20,000 nt of DNA from an uncultured virus (IMG/VR IMGVR_UViG_2821929668_000003) (taxonomy: Duplodnaviria > Heunggongvirae > Uroviricota > Caudoviricetes), in the IMG/VR virus record IMGVR_UViG_2821929668_000003, positions 51,052 to 71,051 of that record; one strand, given 5' to 3'. The notes under the pieces were generated by a model that was not told the origin of the DNA, did no database searches, and was given only the letters and a program-made list of their open reading frames with translations. The position numbers and the translations under genes were made by a program. The number at the start of each line of letters is the position of its first letter. The stretch's first letter is position 1. Of the stretch, positions 16,799 through 20,000 are shown piece by piece.

Positions 16799-17185
16799 AT
16801 GTTAAAACAAATTTTATTAGAAGAGAATGAAAAAGTGAGAAATCAAATTAAAGCTTATTATAAATATAGCAATTTGACTTCTCTTTCAATGTTAAGCGGT
16901 ATAATTTCTAATTCTCCTGATGTATTTGGATTATTGTTATCAACAAATAAGAGAATAATTTTTTATACAGAAACAATGAAAATGAATAAAATTCTTTTTG
17001 AAATTAAACATGAAGAAATCATAGAATTTAAAGAACAGAAGCAAACTGTTGGTTTATTAAAGAAGATTCCTTCAATTGTGATTTGTCATGAAAAAGGGGA
17101 AGAAGTTTTTTCAACAATGGGAGATTTAGAAAAGTTTTCTGAATTAAAATGTTTTTTTGATGAAATTACTACGAATCACAGATAA
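16799..17185 (+). CDS. Bacterial PH-domain-like protein
   Basis: GLLLSTNKRIIFY...EIKHEEI pattern; AAGGAG RBS. Confidence 0.65.
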   Translation: MLKQILLEENEKVRNQIKAYYKYSNLTSLSMLSGIISNSPDVFGLLLSTNKRIIFYTETMKMNKILFEIKHEEIIEFKEQKQTVGLLKKIPSIVICHEKGEEVFSTMGDLEKFSELKCFFDEITTNHR

Positions 17186-17198
17186 ACCAAATATATTT

Positions 17199-17226
17199 AC
17201 TTCCGAGAACGATAATTATGTAAATA
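17199..17226 (+). other. dif-like Xer recombination site
   Basis: ACTTCCGAGAA-CGATAA-TTATGTAAATA compared with B. subtilis dif as recalled, ACTTCCTAGAA-TATATA-TTATGTAAACT: arms match 10/11 and 9/11. Confidence 0.65.
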
Positions 17227-17250
17227 AGCTGTCCATATGGGCAGCTTATT
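17223..17250. terminator. Hairpin adjoining the dif-like site
   Basis: AATAAGCTGTCC-atat-GGGCAGCTTATT. Confidence 0.7.
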
Positions 17251-17364
17251 GTATTTTCTGCTTAGCGTGTTTTTCCATCTCTCCTTATTAATCTAGGCAG
17301 AATAATATTTATAACAATAATAGGTAGTAGGTACTCTTAGGTAGATGGCGATATGATGATACCC

Positions 17365-17480
17365 CTCAATGAACAAAACAATTTAACATGGTAAAATAAT
17401 ATTCGGATGAGAGTCCAATACATATTATTAAAATTAAAGTGGTTCAAGTCGAAGGAAGGCACCTTAGGGTGTCTTTTTTT
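17365..17480 (+). repeat. Intergenic repeat copy 5 (full length)
   Basis: CTCAA-N19-TGGTAAAATAATATTCGGATGAGAGTCCAATACATATTATTAAAATTAAAGTGGTTCAAGTCGAAGGAAGGCACCTTAGGGTGTC followed by a T-run. Confidence 0.95.
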
Positions 17481-17483
17481 CAA

Positions 17484-17518
17484 AAAAAATGTCCTACATT
17501 ATACGTAGGACATTTTTT
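17484..17518 (-). terminator. Terminator of the 17543-19501 gene
   Basis: AAAAAATGTCCTAC-attatac-GTAGGACATTTTTT. Confidence 0.8.
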
Positions 17519-17542
17519 CACTTTATATAATGGGTGTATATT

Positions 17543-19501
17543 TTAACCCCACCATTTTCCACCCTCACCATGATAGTAAATTTTTAATCCGCGCCACGTT
17601 GTAATTGGGCTTATGTAATCATAAGGATGTAAAACGTAGAAGAAACCAGTTGGGAATATATTAAACCCCGCGTGTAAATAAGATAAGTATACTAACTTAG
17701 AGCTATATGTATTATAATCGTTTGATTGTGCAGAACTTGCGAAAACATCATATCGAAATTTAGAAGAATTCTTATAAAACTGATTATACGCAATGTCTGC
17801 AGCCTTAAATGCAACGTCCTTATGGTCTTTATATCTTAAATATAAAAACTGAGAGTATTTCGGATTTCCCTTATGGATAAACTCCCAATTCGATAAAGGC
17901 ATTATTTGGACTACAGGCGATGCTGTTTTTCCTGGCGCATGTACTAATAGATATTCTCCTTTATTAGCACCCGAGAATCCTTGTGTTTCAGTGAAGTCTT
18001 TACCGATAATACCAACATGTCCTACAAGACCGTAGCCACTACCTGCTGTAACAACAATGTCACCTTTTTGCACCCAATCATCTGGTATATTCCAAGATGA
18101 AGTAACTGACCCAGCACGTGCTACGCCTTGCTTTGGATCCTTTTGTTTTTCTGCTTCTTTTCTTAAAAACTCAGCTTTTTCTTCTTCTGTAGGTATTCTT
18201 ACAACCTCAAATGTATCATCAAGTCCTTGTGCTCTTAAAGAAGCTTTTACTTCTGCAACTCTTTGTTGAGGTTCTTTATCTGGTCCAATATCATTTTCAT
18301 TGTAACCTAATTCTTTTCGCATAGGTTCCCTTTTTTCATTGAACTCTTTTTCACCATTAAGAGACATCCATTTCTGTCCCAAATACGTACTGACTAGATA
18401 AAAATCTCCCTGCGCTGTCTTTTTTCCATCATAGGCAACTAAATTTTTTTGAGGACCAAACTCAGAACTTTTCTTAGCTTCTAAATAAGGCTCATCAAAA
18501 GTAGTGAAATTAGCATTCACTGGCATTTTGATTCCATCAGGAGCAATCCACTGAGGACCTTCGTATGTAACTATTTTCCACCAACCATCAGGACGTTTTT
18601 CTAATATTGGTAAGAATTTTTGAGGACCAAATTGATTTCCACCTGCTCCTTTAGTTGCTATAAGGGACGGTTCGTTATAGCTATAGAAGCTTTTATCAAG
18701 TACTACTGTCTCTGCAACACCTGGATACATCCATTTGTCGCCTTCCCAAGTTTGAACTTTAAACCATCCTTTTGTATTTCCATCAACCACTCTAATAGTA
18801 GTAGGGCTATAAGGTACTTCCATATTTCCTTTTTGAGATGCAAATGCAGGCTCATAAAACACTAAAAATGGTTTATCAAATGCTTTTAACTCCCCATCTA
18901 GGTTAACCCACTTATCACCCTCATAAGTTGCTACTTTCCACCAACCATTTGTACGTTTTTCTTTTACAACAAGTGATTTTTGTGGCCCATATTGGTTTCC
19001 GCCACTTGCTTTTTCAGATGTAAATGAAGGTTCATTATACGCATAGAAATTTTTATCTACTTTTACCGCTTCAGAATTAAGGAAAATCCATTTATCTCCT
19101 TCATTGGTTTGAATCTTTAACCATCCATCTTCTTGTCCATCTATCGCCGTAACTACTTGAGGTGCTATAACATTACCATTGTTCCCTTTTGGTGATGTGA
19201 ATTTAGGTTCAGCAAAAGTAATATAGGGTTTCTCTATTTTCTTTTTTTCCCCATCGGTATTAATCCACTTATCGCCTTCCCAAGTTCCTATCTTCCACCA
19301 ACCATCTGAACGCTTCTCTTTTACAGTTAGAGCTTTTTGAGGTCCATATTGAGCTCCACCATTTCCCTTTGCAGATGTAAACGATGGCTCGTTATATGCA
19401 AAAAACGATTTGTTAAATGGTATAACTTCATCAGCAAATGAAATGTTGTTCGCTGAAAAAATTACAAATACAAATAATAAAAATGAAAACAATTTCTTCA
19501 A
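17543..19501 (-). CDS. Secreted protein with six ~60-aa cell-wall-binding-type repeats and a C-terminal permuted papain-like NlpC/P60 (YiiX/YebB-like) domain
   Basis: TTG start with AAGGAGG RBS; signal peptide; repeats F.AYNEPSF...GPQ...DGWWKI.T.EGDKW; C-terminal KGDIVVT...GHVGI...VHAPG...TYSSKLV. Confidence 0.85.
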   Translation of the reverse strand: MKKLFSFLLFVFVIFSANNISFADEVIPFNKSFFAYNEPSFTSAKGNGGAQYGPQKALTVKEKRSDGWWKIGTWEGDKWINTDGEKKKIEKPYITFAEPKFTSPKGNNGNVIAPQVVTAIDGQEDGWLKIQTNEGDKWIFLNSEAVKVDKNFYAYNEPSFTSEKASGGNQYGPQKSLVVKEKRTNGWWKVATYEGDKWVNLDGELKAFDKPFLVFYEPAFASQKGNMEVPYSPTTIRVVDGNTKGWFKVQTWEGDKWMYPGVAETVVLDKSFYSYNEPSLIATKGAGGNQFGPQKFLPILEKRPDGWWKIVTYEGPQWIAPDGIKMPVNANFTTFDEPYLEAKKSSEFGPQKNLVAYDGKKTAQGDFYLVSTYLGQKWMSLNGEKEFNEKREPMRKELGYNENDIGPDKEPQQRVAEVKASLRAQGLDDTFEVVRIPTEEEKAEFLRKEAEKQKDPKQGVARAGSVTSSWNIPDDWVQKGDIVVTAGSGYGLVGHVGIIGKDFTETQGFSGANKGEYLLVHAPGKTASPVVQIMPLSNWEFIHKGNPKYSQFLYLRYKDHKDVAFKAADIAYNQFYKNSSKFRYDVFASSAQSNDYNTYSSKLVYLSYLHAGFNIFPTGFFYVLHPYDYISPITTWRGLKIYYHGEGGKWWG

Positions 19502-19627
19502 GACAAATCTTCCTCCTTTGGAAAAATATTAAATAAAATAGAAATTCATGTTATATAATGTCATATTTTCGTATAAATTTCTATATATTTCTATAAAATT
19601 ATAAGATGTTATTATAATTTGAAAAAT

Positions 19628-19686
19628 GATATTATTTAAGGTTAAAATGATTCAGGTCGGAGGAAGGCATCTTAGGGTGTCTTTTC
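19628..19686 (+). repeat. Intergenic repeat copy 6 (degenerate)
   Basis: GATATTATTTAAGGTTAAAATGATTCAGGTCGGAGGAAGGCATCTTAGGGTGTCTTTT. Confidence 0.85.
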
Positions 19687-19841
19687 TTTATAAAAAAGGA
19701 CTCCTTAAACGCCTTAAATTAGTAAACTTCAATATTACTCTTTTTTATTAATTCGTTTTAACTTAATATATTAATGTTAGACTAAAAAATTGTTATAATT
19801 AGTAAATAATTATATTAATTAGATTGAGAGGATACAATATT

Positions 19842-20000
19842 ATGGGTTATAAGTTTCGTAGAATTATCCAAGTTTCCCCGGGTGTGAAAATTAACTTTAC
19901 ATACACAGGTACGGGAGGGCACTCCATTCCACCTGAATCAAGAACAACAACTTATATACCTGGAACTGGAATCTCGTATACACCACGAATAGCTGAGTCA
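19842..20000 (+). CDS. DUF4236-like protein, 5' part; runs off the window edge
   Basis: Translated by hand: MGYKFRRIIQVSPGVKINF...TTYIPGTGISY; GAGAGGA RBS. Confidence 0.7.
   Translation, partial: MGYKFRRIIQVSPGVKINFTYTGTGGHSIPPESRTTTYIPGTGISYTPRIAES

Noticed and set aside
3748..19686. Repeat family as a CRISPR array
   Set aside because: The copies are about 60-117 bp long and separated by 0.6-7.5 kb of genes; no cas genes are present.

Overview
AT-rich Bacillus cereus-group-like accessory region that reads as a defence island built from prophage and integrative-element debris. Left to right: the 5' part of an AimR-like arbitrium receptor (- strand) with a divergent ~90-nt structured RNA candidate; a tyrosine integrase with an in-frame internal deletion; a 636-aa AbiK/Abi-P2/DRT4-type reverse transcriptase (YTDD); a run of cassette-like genes (GIY-YIG nuclease, three lipoproteins with homologous signal peptides, PH-domain proteins, DUF5677, two RX4H HEPN candidates); an hsdR remnant; a tRNA 3'-end att-like scar; an AspBHI/Mrr-like restriction enzyme divergent from a two-gene PUA-like plus HTH-PUA-HNH unit; two dif-like sites; and a cell-wall-repeat permuted NlpC/P60 protein. 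The most notable signal is non-coding. Six co-oriented copies of an element up to ~117 bp long (extended -10, 5' hairpin, GGTTCAAGTCGGAGG, terminator) punctuate the cassettes. Four cassette genes are preceded by a promoter module with tandem Spo0A-box motifs exactly 22 bp upstream of the -10, matching the spoIIG architecture. Together these suggest a modular, swappable, possibly Spo0A-controlled cassette array. All family calls come from motif recognition by eye; no database searches were run.
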